In this document: piece after piece, positions 1 to 9,421 of the stretch | Numbering within the stretch: position 1 is the stretch's first letter | How the letters are laid out: each line of letters starts with the position of its first letter | Notes under the pieces: generated by a model | What the model was told of the DNA's origin: nothing | The model's input: only the letters and a program-made list of their open reading frames with translations | Database searches by the model: none | Translations under genes and position numbers: made by a program | Assembly: GCA_045580605.1 (NCBI GenBank) | Contig: JAZNOC010000066.1 | Span: forward strand, 1-32,438 | DNA from: Clostridia bacterium | Lineage (GTDB): Bacteria; Bacillota; Clostridia; UMGS1883 | DNA: 32,438 nucleotides | Direction: 5' to 3'

Positions 1-93
1 TTCTCTTTTTTTTACTTTTATGTAATGAAATAAATATCTTACTTTAAAAGGTAGAAGATCTTTTATTATTCTTTTTACTTTATTTTTTTTCAT
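1..93 (-). CDS. 5' fragment of the next polysaccharide-locus gene (runs off the window edge)
   Basis: ATG at 93 preceded by GAGAGGGA. The frame is open to position 1 (MKKNKVKRIIKDLLPFKVRYLFHYIKVKKRE) and starts 12 nt after the wzx stop. Product cannot be determined. Confidence 0.65.
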   Translation of the reverse strand, partial: MKKNKVKRIIKDLLPFKVRYLFHYIKVKKRE

Positions 94-105
94 ACTGTTC
101 CCTCT

Positions 106-1359
106 CTAAACAAGTTTCGTTTCTAACCCTTTTTTAAACAGCGTTTTATTTACATAAACAAAACTCATACGAATTGCCATAAAAAGCATTTCCGTCACAC
201 CTTTTAAAAAGGCAATATGTATTAAAGTAAATTCATTAAAGAATACTAATAATATCAAACCTAAAATGTGTAAACCGGCGGAAACAACAGTCGATATTGT
301 AACGTATTTTTCTTTTCCTATAGCCCCCAACGTCGGCCATCCATATATTTGAGCCGGAAACGAGAAAAACAATATCGGTATCATACATTGAAAAAGTTGA
401 TAAGCATCTATATATTTTTCTCCACCTACAATCATCAATGCTGTCTTGGCAAAAAAGAAGCTGAATATACAGCCCAGCGTTACAATCGGCATACATATTT
501 TCAACGTCTTATGAATAAACGCTAAACTTTTTTCCTTTATCATATGGGGATATATACTATTACATATAGGCGTGTATAAGCCTTGTATTGTTGAAATAAT
601 ATTGATGCACAAACTCCATTGAGCGATTTGGGATAAATCGTTTATATAAACACCTATCATAACGGTATTCAGTGCCGAAAACGCAGTCGTTGCAACACTC
701 GAAATAAAGTACACAGATGAATCCTTCAGCATTATAAGACAATCTTTAATTCTGCTTACTCGTATACGTATTTTTAATTGTTTGATAATAATTAAGGTGA
801 TTATTATTGAAATCACATGCGATAAAATATCAAGTATTGGAATCCACAATACATCGCTATCACCCTTAATTACAAAAAAGGTTGAAACTACAGCAAATCC
901 TTTTGATATTACATATATACCCGTGATATACTGCATTTTTTCAAGCCCTCTAAATAGGAAATCTGCTAAAAACGCTGTTGTTGCAACAGATATAAAACTT
1001 AGAAAAACAAATAAAATATTTAAATGCAAGATTTTAATTGTAAAACACATTACTATCAGCATTGCAAAAGAAACTACTGAAAGAAAAACTTTTGATAAAA
1101 ATGTATTTCCTACAATATATCCTATTTTCTCCTTGTTACCTTCTGAATTCACAATATCTTTTACAGAAGATAAAATAAAGCCAAAGTCAATTAAAAGTTG
1201 TATGTACACCATGCAACTTTTAACATATGAAACAAATCCATACATATCTTCACTCAACACGCGTGTCAGATATGGAAACGTCAACAAAGGAAATACCATC
1301 TTTGCTATATTCATTATATATAGCATTATTGTATTTTTTAAAACTTTACTTTTTGTCAT
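106..1359 (-). CDS. wzx: Oligosaccharide flippase (Wzx, polysaccharide export)
   Basis: 417 aa, many hydrophobic segments. N-terminal KNTIMLY...FPLLTFPYLTRVL...YG...LIDFGF is typical of Wzx. AGGAG RBS. Confidence 0.9.
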   Translation of the reverse strand: MTKSKVLKNTIMLYIMNIAKMVFPLLTFPYLTRVLSEDMYGFVSYVKSCMVYIQLLIDFGFILSSVKDIVNSEGNKEKIGYIVGNTFLSKVFLSVVSFAMLIVMCFTIKILHLNILFVFLSFISVATTAFLADFLFRGLEKMQYITGIYVISKGFAVVSTFFVIKGDSDVLWIPILDILSHVISIIITLIIIKQLKIRIRVSRIKDCLIMLKDSSVYFISSVATTAFSALNTVMIGVYINDLSQIAQWSLCINIISTIQGLYTPICNSIYPHMIKEKSLAFIHKTLKICMPIVTLGCIFSFFFAKTALMIVGGEKYIDAYQLFQCMIPILFFSFPAQIYGWPTLGAIGKEKYVTISTVVSAGLHILGLILLVFFNEFTLIHIAFLKGVTEMLFMAIRMSFVYVNKTLFKKGLETKLV

Positions 1360-1443
1360 TATTTTATGCTCCTAAATTTCTTTCGGGGAAGTAATATGTT
1401 TTTCAAAAGAATTTATTAACCAGTAATTTTCACGATAAAACTC

Positions 1444-2247
1444 TTACAATTCATTTCCCTTCACACTTTTTATAAATTCTAAGAAAAGAGCCTTCACCCC
1501 TCTATACTTTACTATAGATATCGTTTTTGCAAATATTCTCGCTATTCCTTGAGGCATGAATTTCCAAAGTTTCGCCCTGAGCTTTTTATAAAATTTTATT
1601 TCGTCTGACACCCAGCTTCCATCAAAATGATGAATTGTGTGGGTGTTTTCTGTAATATTCAACTCTTTAAACCTTATATCCTTTGGACAAAAATATTCCG
1701 GAGGATATATAGTAATATTTGCTACAACTTGTTTTTTTGCGCATGGTACAAACCCGTATTTTGATAATATATCCGTTGTTCTCGCAACAATTGTCTTTAA
1801 ATCCATCTCTCCATTTTCGTCTATAAAAACGCTGTTTTCGTAATCATCTATTATCTCTTTTATAACTTTTAATTTGGGCTCAACTCCAAAGCCCAATCCT
1901 GTGGCTATATAATTTTTGGGTAGTTCCATTCCCATAAAACTTCCTGCTTCAACAATATCATCCAAAGGTTTAATAATTTCAACATCGGTATCCAAATATA
2001 TACCGCCATACTCATAAAGGATTTTGTACCTTGCAACATCACTTACAAATGCCCATTTTTTTGCTTCATAAGCTTGTTGTGAGTAAACACAACAATTCAC
2101 ATCATAGTTCGATTCATTCCACTCTTTAATTTCATAATCAGGGCAATATTTTTTCCAACTTTCAATACATTTAACTGCCATATCATTTAAAGGATTTCCA
2201 CCAAACCAACAATAATGTATAACCTTAGGAATCTTTCCCATCCACAT
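1444..2247 (-). CDS. GT32 (DXD sugar-binding) glycosyltransferase; start may be the ATG at 2241
   Basis: IPKVIHYCWFG, WAFVSDVARY, GGIYLDTDVE and IHHFDGSW motifs. Confidence 0.9.
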   Translation of the reverse strand: MWMGKIPKVIHYCWFGGNPLNDMAVKCIESWKKYCPDYEIKEWNESNYDVNCCVYSQQAYEAKKWAFVSDVARYKILYEYGGIYLDTDVEIIKPLDDIVEAGSFMGMELPKNYIATGLGFGVEPKLKVIKEIIDDYENSVFIDENGEMDLKTIVARTTDILSKYGFVPCAKKQVVANITIYPPEYFCPKDIRFKELNITENTHTIHHFDGSWVSDEIKFYKKLRAKLWKFMPQGIARIFAKTISIVKYRGVKALFLEFIKSVKGNEL

Positions 2248-2254
2248 TCACTCC

Positions 2255-3373
2255 TTAGTTTTTACAGTAAAAATCACAAAGTTTCTTCGCTTCAACTTGT
2301 ATATCATATCCGTTATGAGCAACTATTTTTTTTCCATTAACCCTCTCTTCTAAATGCCTATCTTTCTCATTATAGATTTCGAGAATCTTATCACACCACT
2401 TATCAATACTATCTTCCAACGGCAAAAATTCTGCTTTGTACAGCCCGATTTCCTTGGTTATTCTATCAGACAACAATGAAGGCAATCCGTTTGTTTGTGT
2501 TTCAACACATGTAAGCGGAAGACCTTCAAAAAATGATGGCATAACAAACATATCCATAGCAGACATCAATTCATTAGCATCTGTACGTAGCCCAGGTATT
2601 TTAACCTTATCCTCAATATCGTATTTTTTTATAAGGTCAATAATATCCGGTTTTGTAGAATTGGATGCTAGTCCATCTCCACCAATTAAAACAAGTGCAA
2701 CATCGCTTTGTTTTTTTTGTAATTCATTAAAAATATCGACAATCATTTTGTGATTTTTAGAAAGAGTAAATCCACCAATATGTCCTATTACAAATTTCCC
2801 TTCAAGTTGGAGTTCGTTAATAACCTTTATCCTATTTTCATAGTTAAATGCAAATTTTTCAGTATCAATGGCATTTTGAATAAGGATGTAGTTACGCTTT
2901 TTGCCAAACATGAAATCGCCTGCTTTTTTTGAACAAGCCATTTTATAATCAGAAAAATATTTAGCTTGCTTTACGAAAACAAAATTTCTTGCTTTTTGAA
3001 TAAGAGAATTTCCGTAACTCGAACTATGACTATGTGCAATTATTTTTTCACAACCATTTTTTTTGGCAACACCGGCAAATACACTCACAGCAAACAATAC
3101 ATGGCAGTGAATATGTTTCCACTCGTCTTTATGTGTTTTGAAAAAGTCATCCCGTTCTTTGAAGAATGTCGAGGAAATTGATGGTTCGCTAAGCTTAAAG
3201 CATCTTCCGCCCATAGACTCTATTTCCTCTATGTAGTTGTCCTCCACATCCCTGAAATATAAAAAATCAAATTGCACCTTGGATCTGTCTATAAACCGGT
3301 AGTAGTTCATAACAACTGTCGTCAATCCACCACCTCGGGTGGGGGCATGCACTATATGCAAAACTCTAATCAT
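2255..3373 (-). CDS. GT4-family glycosyltransferase (EpsF-like)
   Basis: IRVLHIV..RGGG N-terminus, IAHSHS, KNH, and PSFFEGLPLTCVETQ (EX7E motif). Confidence 0.9.
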   Translation of the reverse strand: MIRVLHIVHAPTRGGGLTTVVMNYYRFIDRSKVQFDFLYFRDVEDNYIEEIESMGGRCFKLSEPSISSTFFKERDDFFKTHKDEWKHIHCHVLFAVSVFAGVAKKNGCEKIIAHSHSSSYGNSLIQKARNFVFVKQAKYFSDYKMACSKKAGDFMFGKKRNYILIQNAIDTEKFAFNYENRIKVINELQLEGKFVIGHIGGFTLSKNHKMIVDIFNELQKKQSDVALVLIGGDGLASNSTKPDIIDLIKKYDIEDKVKIPGLRTDANELMSAMDMFVMPSFFEGLPLTCVETQTNGLPSLLSDRITKEIGLYKAEFLPLEDSIDKWCDKILEIYNEKDRHLEERVNGKKIVAHNGYDIQVEAKKLCDFYCKN

Positions 3374-3386
3374 CTAATTCCATCCC

Positions 3387-4505
3387 TCAAATATTCAAAC
3401 TAAAATAAATGCTTTCCAGTTTTTCTGATTGCTTTGATATATCAAAATTCTCAAACAATTCCGTTCCAAGTTTCCTATTCGTATTTAAATTTAAATTGCA
3501 GATATAATCGGCCCATTTCCCCACTCCATCCGAGAGTTGTAGTGTAGCAACACTGTTACTAACCTTAATTGCCTCAACAATATTTTCTGATACCAGGCAA
3601 GGTAATCCAGTAATCTGAGCCTCAATCAAAGAGATTCCAAATCCCTCAAACAAAGATGGAAATACAAAAAAATCCATCGCCATAAGTATGTGGTTGACAT
3701 CACTTCGCACATCCAAAAACCTGACACAATTCTCAAGACCAAGTTTTTTTACCTTTTGTTCAACAAGATTCTTTGTTGATCCAAAGGCAATTCCATCAGT
3801 TCCAACGAGTAGAAGGATGGAGTCAGGATTTTTTTTATGCACTTCATTAAACACCTCTATAATAAATGTATGGTTTTTTTGTGCTGAAAAAACCCCAACA
3901 TGTCCAAGAACAAGTTCATCATTTATACCGAGTTCTTGTCTTATATCTTTTCGTATGCCTTCGTCAAAAACATATTTTTTACAGTCTATGGCGTTACTTA
4001 TTATGCTTGCTTTACCACTTTCAAAGGCCTTATTACCAAACATAAAACGCGCAGTTTCTTCGGAACAAGCTAACCTATGCGTAGCAACGATTTTGGCCCT
4101 TTTTATAAAGTAGAAATTGCGAATTCTTCTAATCATCCCTATACCGTATGAAGTACTATGGCTATGGACAATTACATTTCTGATTCCATATTTGTTTGCA
4201 ATTTTGCCGTAAAAAGCAGCTGCAAAAAGTGCATGACAGTGGATTGCACTGTATTCACCCTTGTGCTCGACAAAGAACTTTTCAGCTTCTTTTTTATACG
4301 AAAAGTCAAAAGATGGCTCTGTAAACTTAAAATATCTTCCGCCTAAAGAAGTAATTTCGTCCTTAAAATCACTTTCAACCTCTTTAAAATAAACAAAATC
4401 AAACTGAATTTTACTTCTGTCAATCTGGCGATAATAATTCATTATAAAGTTTGAAATTCCCCCACCTCTAGCAAGAGCATGGACAAAATGAAGTATTCTT
4501 ACCAA
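3387..4505 (-). CDS. GT4-family glycosyltransferase (EpsF-like), TTG start, paralog of the adjacent gene
   Basis: VRILHFV..RGGG, IVHSHS, QKNH and PSLFEGFGISLIEAQ. Confidence 0.9.
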   Translation of the reverse strand: MVRILHFVHALARGGGISNFIMNYYRQIDRSKIQFDFVYFKEVESDFKDEITSLGGRYFKFTEPSFDFSYKKEAEKFFVEHKGEYSAIHCHALFAAAFYGKIANKYGIRNVIVHSHSTSYGIGMIRRIRNFYFIKRAKIVATHRLACSEETARFMFGNKAFESGKASIISNAIDCKKYVFDEGIRKDIRQELGINDELVLGHVGVFSAQKNHTFIIEVFNEVHKKNPDSILLLVGTDGIAFGSTKNLVEQKVKKLGLENCVRFLDVRSDVNHILMAMDFFVFPSLFEGFGISLIEAQITGLPCLVSENIVEAIKVSNSVATLQLSDGVGKWADYICNLNLNTNRKLGTELFENFDISKQSEKLESIYFSLNI

Positions 4506-4510
4506 TTAAA

Positions 4511-5656
4511 TCATCTCCAAAAGTTTGTTTCCCAGAAGAAGTGGAAAGGATATGTACTTTGCCATTCGGGACGGAAGGTGTAGATAATAACGCTGTACAA
4601 AACAAAGACTGCACCCGAAACATAGCTTACCAAATCCCTCTCATTCTGCCTTTTTACATTTGAAAGCATGTTCGGGAAAAACAAAAGGAGAGACGATGCA
4701 AATACGAACTTAAATCTTGTAAGAATAGTACCATGAAGTGATAAGAACAGTGCAAGTACACCAAACCACATCGTGAGCTCGTGAACTGAGTTTACGTATA
4801 TTTTTCTGTTCTCAAGTATAGCTCTCGTTCTGAGACGATATTTTGGGCTTTCTTCCCTCATCTTTTTTCCGTACAAGACTGAGAATATAAAGATAATGAG
4901 CCACAATGCAAGCTGAAGTGCAACGGCAACTGTCGCACCAGCAGTATACGCATTTGACCCCTCATTAGTAAGATAATGTGCATACTGAGGGAAGACAAGT
5001 TCAATAAACTTTATAAACGAACCGAATCCAACATATATTAAACCTGAAATCACAATACTCCAGAAATAGAATGATTTTTTATGTTTCTTCCCTGCAAATG
5101 GATAGATAAGCAAAAACGCAATCGCACTGGTATGTATTGACGCAGCTAAAAGCACCAATGCTAAAAACCGAATAAACTTTCTGTCAATCAAAAAGTCATA
5201 TGCGAAAAGAAGTATTGCAACAGAAACAACCTGCCTTACGCCCGACATTGCCAAATCAAAGAACTGAAGGCATAAAAACATAAGAACGCTCATCCACGGA
5301 ATTTCAGAGTATTTGTAAATAAACCTGCCGTATGCGTATGCTACAAATGCACCAGTTGCAATCAAAAGCAACTGTGGATTAGGTGAAATTTTGTTTAGAA
5401 AGTAGCAAAGATAAACGAAGCCCTTCTCAAATCTTGTATCATTTAAGAAATATTCAATATTTGACGTTCTTCCTACTTCACGGTAAAACTTAAGATAAGT
5501 TGTTGTGTCGTTACCGATGTATTCGTGGCGAAGCATCATCATCAACCCGAAAATGAAAAACATAAAGAAAACATAGTTCCTTTTGCTTTTCTCAGTTTTC
5601 TGGAAAACGAACTGTGCCGCAAATACTAAAAATACTAAAAAATAAAACAAAGACAT
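4511..5656 (-). CDS. EpsG-family polysaccharide polymerase (putative Wzy)
   Basis: Polytopic membrane protein with LRxxxIGNDTxxY, EKGF, SGVRQ and IHTSA motifs, located among glycosyltransferases and wzx. Confidence 0.8.
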   Translation of the reverse strand: MSLFYFLVFLVFAAQFVFQKTEKSKRNYVFFMFFIFGLMMMLRHEYIGNDTTTYLKFYREVGRTSNIEYFLNDTRFEKGFVYLCYFLNKISPNPQLLLIATGAFVAYAYGRFIYKYSEIPWMSVLMFLCLQFFDLAMSGVRQVVSVAILLFAYDFLIDRKFIRFLALVLLAASIHTSAIAFLLIYPFAGKKHKKSFYFWSIVISGLIYVGFGSFIKFIELVFPQYAHYLTNEGSNAYTAGATVAVALQLALWLIIFIFSVLYGKKMREESPKYRLRTRAILENRKIYVNSVHELTMWFGVLALFLSLHGTILTRFKFVFASSLLLFFPNMLSNVKRQNERDLVSYVSGAVFVLYSVIIYTFRPEWQSTYPFHFFWETNFWR

Positions 5657-5687
5657 TGTATATTACCCTTCAATCATACAAAATGCG

Positions 5688-6887
5688 CTAATCTTTAAAA
5701 TGCAAAACCTTTGACGCAATCGATGCAACTCTTAATTTATATAAAAGCGGCACCAAAAAATCACGCTTAAGCCTTTGCTTGCCCTTTACCTGTCCATATT
5801 TAGAAAACAGCTTTTCAGCACCATCTTTTTTGTAGTCGCTGATAAATTGTTTTCTTCGTGGATTCATCCTTGTAGGTTCACGAAGAACCTGCTGAAGAAT
5901 TTCTCCACGTTTAAATTCGGTAAGTGTTACCTCTCCCTTTATTTTCTCTATAATTTCCTCGCCTTTTTGGGTATTGACCAAAACGGCGGAAACCCCTGTG
6001 TTTTTGTCAAGGCTGGGCTTTACACGCTCTATACCCCAGAAATCTCCGATGGAGATATCTCCAACCCTTGACAAATTCATATAGCTGCATTTATAGCACA
6101 CATCCCTGAATGATAAGTTTTGCTCATACATTCTGAGTACCGATGCCTGATAATTGCAAAAATCCGATATGTCCTTACTTTCAGTCAAAACCTTCAGTTG
6201 CTTATTTCTCCAACCCTTTTCTTTATCTCTGAAAGAGAAGTATGTAATTCTTTCGCCAAACTTTTTTTGTAAAAGCTCGATGTATTCGCCCCAAATTTTC
6301 GGGCTGAAAACACCATGGCAGAAAATATCAACTACGAAAAGCAAGCTATCATCAACCTTGTTTTCGCATAAAAACTGACGCATAGCACTGCACTGACAGG
6401 GCGTACCTACAAACAAAACCCTTTTGCCGTTTTCTAAATCACCTTTAACAAGCTCGTAAACACCTAAAATACTGCTCTGTGTGTATTTGGTGCCTGTTAT
6501 CAGTGAAAGTTCCTCTTGCTTGTCGATGCCTCTGTGCTCAATAGCAAAAATATCAGTGTAACCCGCACCGTAAACTGTGCCTCCATTTTCAAGGAAAACA
6601 TTTGCCAAAGCGGTAAACATCCCGCCCGAGCCACTGTTTTTTACAACCTCAACGTCCTTATTTATTGCGGAATAATACTTTTGATTATCTCCGCCGTTTT
6701 TTGCATTAAGCTTTAGCGATTCACAAATGATTTCGCATTTTTCGCATTTAATGCACTTTTCCTCATTTATTACAGAATGCAAAAAACCTAAATCGTCATT
6801 TGTAATTTCTATCGCATCTACGGGGCACTGTTTTTTGCAAAGCATACAACCCGTGCAGAACGATTTATCAGCTATTCCGTTTTTTTT
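5688..6887 (-). CDS. 4Fe-4S / coenzyme F420 hydrogenase beta-subunit (FrhB/FdhB)-like protein; 5' end ambiguous
   Basis: CTGCMLCKKQCP and CIKCEKCEIIC ferredoxin motifs, SGSGGMF, KYTQS, GTPCQ, CHGVFSP, CYKC, GDISIGDFWG. The frame is open up to 6887, but the first ATG (6845) lies inside the first Cys motif. Confidence 0.85.
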   Translation of the reverse strand, partial: KKNGIADKSFCTGCMLCKKQCPVDAIEITNDDLGFLHSVINEEKCIKCEKCEIICESLKLNAKNGGDNQKYYSAINKDVEVVKNSGSGGMFTALANVFLENGGTVYGAGYTDIFAIEHRGIDKQEELSLITGTKYTQSSILGVYELVKGDLENGKRVLFVGTPCQCSAMRQFLCENKVDDSLLFVVDIFCHGVFSPKIWGEYIELLQKKFGERITYFSFRDKEKGWRNKQLKVLTESKDISDFCNYQASVLRMYEQNLSFRDVCYKCSYMNLSRVGDISIGDFWGIERVKPSLDKNTGVSAVLVNTQKGEEIIEKIKGEVTLTEFKRGEILQQVLREPTRMNPRRKQFISDYKKDGAEKLFSKYGQVKGKQRLKRDFLVPLLYKLRVASIASKVLHFKD

Positions 6888-7963
6888 TTAGAATCAAAGT
6901 GATTGAGAATTTTGTCTAAATTCTCAAGACCCTGATTTTTGTATTCCTCAACATTTTTGCGTATCTGAGTGTAGTCCATATCGGGAAGATTAACTGCTTC
7001 TTCTACAGTTTCAACAATACGCTCCTGTGTGCCAAGCTTTTCTGTTAAATTGTGCATACGAGCACCAAGCTGAGATATTTTTATAATAAGATTGCGTTCA
7101 TAAATCGATGCAAAAACGCATCCGTGGAACGAATCTGTCAAAACGTACTCTGCATTTTTCATATAACCGAGCCATTCCTGCGGGCCGATATGCGGCTTCA
7201 TAGAGCACTTGCAAAAGCCGTACGGGAAAGGAACATAAACCATTGGAAGCCCCTTTGCATTTGCAAATTCACGTGCAAATTTAACAAATGAAGCAGATGG
7301 CGACATCTGGTATACAAGCACATATTTGCCTTTATTCTTTGGCTGAATTGCAAGCTCGTCCCACTCCTCTGCTGTGAGGAAAAATGTCGGGTCGCAAGTG
7401 TCAAAAGCGTTTACGTCTGCAAAACTATTTAAATCATCTGCAATGATTTTCTCTCTGGTGCTTACTATCGCAAACTTTTCAAGATGCTCCTTAAACGCAG
7501 TCTTCTCCCCCTCGGGAATTCCTGAAAGTCCCATACTTGCGGCGTAGCTTGCTTTTTTATCATCATTTGTTACAAAATCAAAGAAATAGTTTAAGTCAAG
7601 ACCTGTAAGCTTAGAGTTCCACACATTATCGCTCCCGACAATGTAACCGTCGTAAAGGTCAGCAATCTGAGCAATGTTCTTTTCAGTGAACTTTTTAGTA
7701 AGGATAAGCTTATCCTTCCTGAATTTCACAAATGCTCTCTTTTTGGGAAGCCTGCTGATAACGCCAATAATACTCGTGATATACTTTTTTACGCCCTTTG
7801 TCTTAAACGACTTAAGACAAAACGCACGGTCAGCAGCATCGCAGATGTAGTCTATAATCTCGTTTTCTGCACCTTTTTTTATTATGGCGTTCTGAAGAGC
7901 ATAGCACTGAAGCATTGCACCGATATTATCATGTCTTTGGTAGGTTAATGTTGCGATTTTCAT
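6872..7963 (-). CDS. Polysaccharide pyruvyl transferase family protein
   Basis: NIGAMLQCYAL, IVGSDNVWN, SYAASMG, STRE, DPTF and LTDSFHG motifs. Confidence 0.9.
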   Translation of the reverse strand: MKIATLTYQRHDNIGAMLQCYALQNAIIKKGAENEIIDYICDAADRAFCLKSFKTKGVKKYITSIIGVISRLPKKRAFVKFRKDKLILTKKFTEKNIAQIADLYDGYIVGSDNVWNSKLTGLDLNYFFDFVTNDDKKASYAASMGLSGIPEGEKTAFKEHLEKFAIVSTREKIIADDLNSFADVNAFDTCDPTFFLTAEEWDELAIQPKNKGKYVLVYQMSPSASFVKFAREFANAKGLPMVYVPFPYGFCKCSMKPHIGPQEWLGYMKNAEYVLTDSFHGCVFASIYERNLIIKISQLGARMHNLTEKLGTQERIVETVEEAVNLPDMDYTQIRKNVEEYKNQGLENLDKILNHFDSKKKTE

Positions 7964-7977
7964 CGTTATCCCTGCCT

Positions 7978-9420
7978 TTACTTTCTGAATAAATATTTCT
8001 TAAATGTGTTAAATGACTTAAGTGTTCTTACAAGGTCATCCTTGTTTGTAAGACATTCGCCGAGTTTCATAAACATATAGCTTGGACGAAGATAGAACTT
8101 CTTTCTTGCGTAGTTACAGAATTCAACAAGCTCCTTGTCAGAAACCTCAGGTGTTGAAAGCACGCAGTTGTGCATACCGTCTTCTGTAAGCCACTGGTCA
8201 TAGTTCTTAGCAGTGATATAGTTATTTTCTTTAGCCCACGCATAAGCCTCTGTTCCGGGATATACAATAAGCGGGAAATACTGAACTGTGTCAAGGCGAA
8301 GCTTTTTGCTGAACTCAAGCGTTTCGTTCATTGTTTCCTTAGTTTCGCCGGGGTTACCAACCATAAAGCAACCGTGAACACGCATTTTTGCTTTCTTAGC
8401 AGCCTTATTAAATTTAAGCGACTGCTCGAGCGTAATACCCTTGTGCATACCGTCAAGGACCTTCTGGCTTCCGCTTTCAAAGCCTACAACGACAAGACGG
8501 CAGCCTGCCTTTCTCATAAGCACCATTGTCTCGTAAGAAAGTGTTACTCTGCACTGTACAACCCACTTTATGTTAACTTTATTTTCAATTAAAAGATTAC
8601 AGAACTCACGAACATTTTCCTGATCAACCGCAAAGTTATCGTCGTCAATAAGAATTTCCTTAACTTCGGGGAATTCTTTTGTTATGTACACACATTCCTC
8701 GTAAAGATTTTTTGCACTTCTCTTGCGATAAGCCTTACCAAACATTACCTGAGAGTACATACAGTAGAAGCACTTTGACGGACATCCTCTGCTTGAGAAA
8801 ATGCTCACTGTCGGGAAGCTTACGTGTGCATAGAAATAGTCCTTGATATCAAGATACTTCTTGTATACTTCACTTACAAAAGGAAGCTCGTCAAGGTCGT
8901 GAATATATTCACGGTCCTCTGTTTCTTTGAGTGCACCGTCTTCTACGTAGCTTATACCCTTAACATCAGAAAGTGCCATCTTGCCCTCAATAGCTTCTGC
9001 AAGCTCGGGAAGAGTATAGTCATATTCGTGGCGTGCGATAAAGTCAATTGCCTTATGCTCGGGGATAATCTCAGCAACACAAGCAGTAGCATGTGTACCT
9101 ACAAGGCAAATCTTTGCCTCGGGAAGCTTTGCCTTAAGCTCATCTGCAAAAGCAAGGTCGTTATTTATACTTGCAGTTGAAGTATCAATAACAATCATCT
9201 GCGGTGCAAACTCTACAATCTCAGCAAGGGTTTCCTCCTTGGTTGAGCACTTTGCAGGAGCATCAATAAGCTTTAAAGTATGTCCCTTTTTGTCAAGCAC
9301 GCCTGTTGCGTAAGAAAGCCAAAGCGGGAAATATATTGTACCGCTTTTTGTTACAGCAGGGCTTCTTGAGCTTTTTGAGTATTTGTTTAAGAATGGTGGA
9401 TTTAACATTACAATTTTCAT
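7978..9420 (-). CDS. B12-binding-domain radical SAM protein (HpnJ-like architecture)
   Basis: N-terminal LNPP...PLWLSY and VGTHAT cobalamin-binding-like domain; SRGCPSKCFYC (CxxxCxxC); DDNF, GFESG, FMVGNPGET and YPGT. Confidence 0.88.
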   Translation of the reverse strand: MKIVMLNPPFLNKYSKSSRSPAVTKSGTIYFPLWLSYATGVLDKKGHTLKLIDAPAKCSTKEETLAEIVEFAPQMIVIDTSTASINNDLAFADELKAKLPEAKICLVGTHATACVAEIIPEHKAIDFIARHEYDYTLPELAEAIEGKMALSDVKGISYVEDGALKETEDREYIHDLDELPFVSEVYKKYLDIKDYFYAHVSFPTVSIFSSRGCPSKCFYCMYSQVMFGKAYRKRSAKNLYEECVYITKEFPEVKEILIDDDNFAVDQENVREFCNLLIENKVNIKWVVQCRVTLSYETMVLMRKAGCRLVVVGFESGSQKVLDGMHKGITLEQSLKFNKAAKKAKMRVHGCFMVGNPGETKETMNETLEFSKKLRLDTVQYFPLIVYPGTEAYAWAKENNYITAKNYDQWLTEDGMHNCVLSTPEVSDKELVEFCNYARKKFYLRPSYMFMKLGECLTNKDDLVRTLKSFNTFKKYLFRK

Positions 9421-9421
9421 T

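Noticed and set aside
2326-3064. T7-T8 runs inside a GT4 gene as phase-variation sites
   Set aside because: These are Lys-codon runs expected in AT-rich DNA, and the frame is intact.
7978-9420. Radical SAM gene as the activase for the nearby GRE
   Set aside because: It has B12-binding architecture rather than a GRE-activase architecture, and it is separated from the GRE by a terminator and a promoter.
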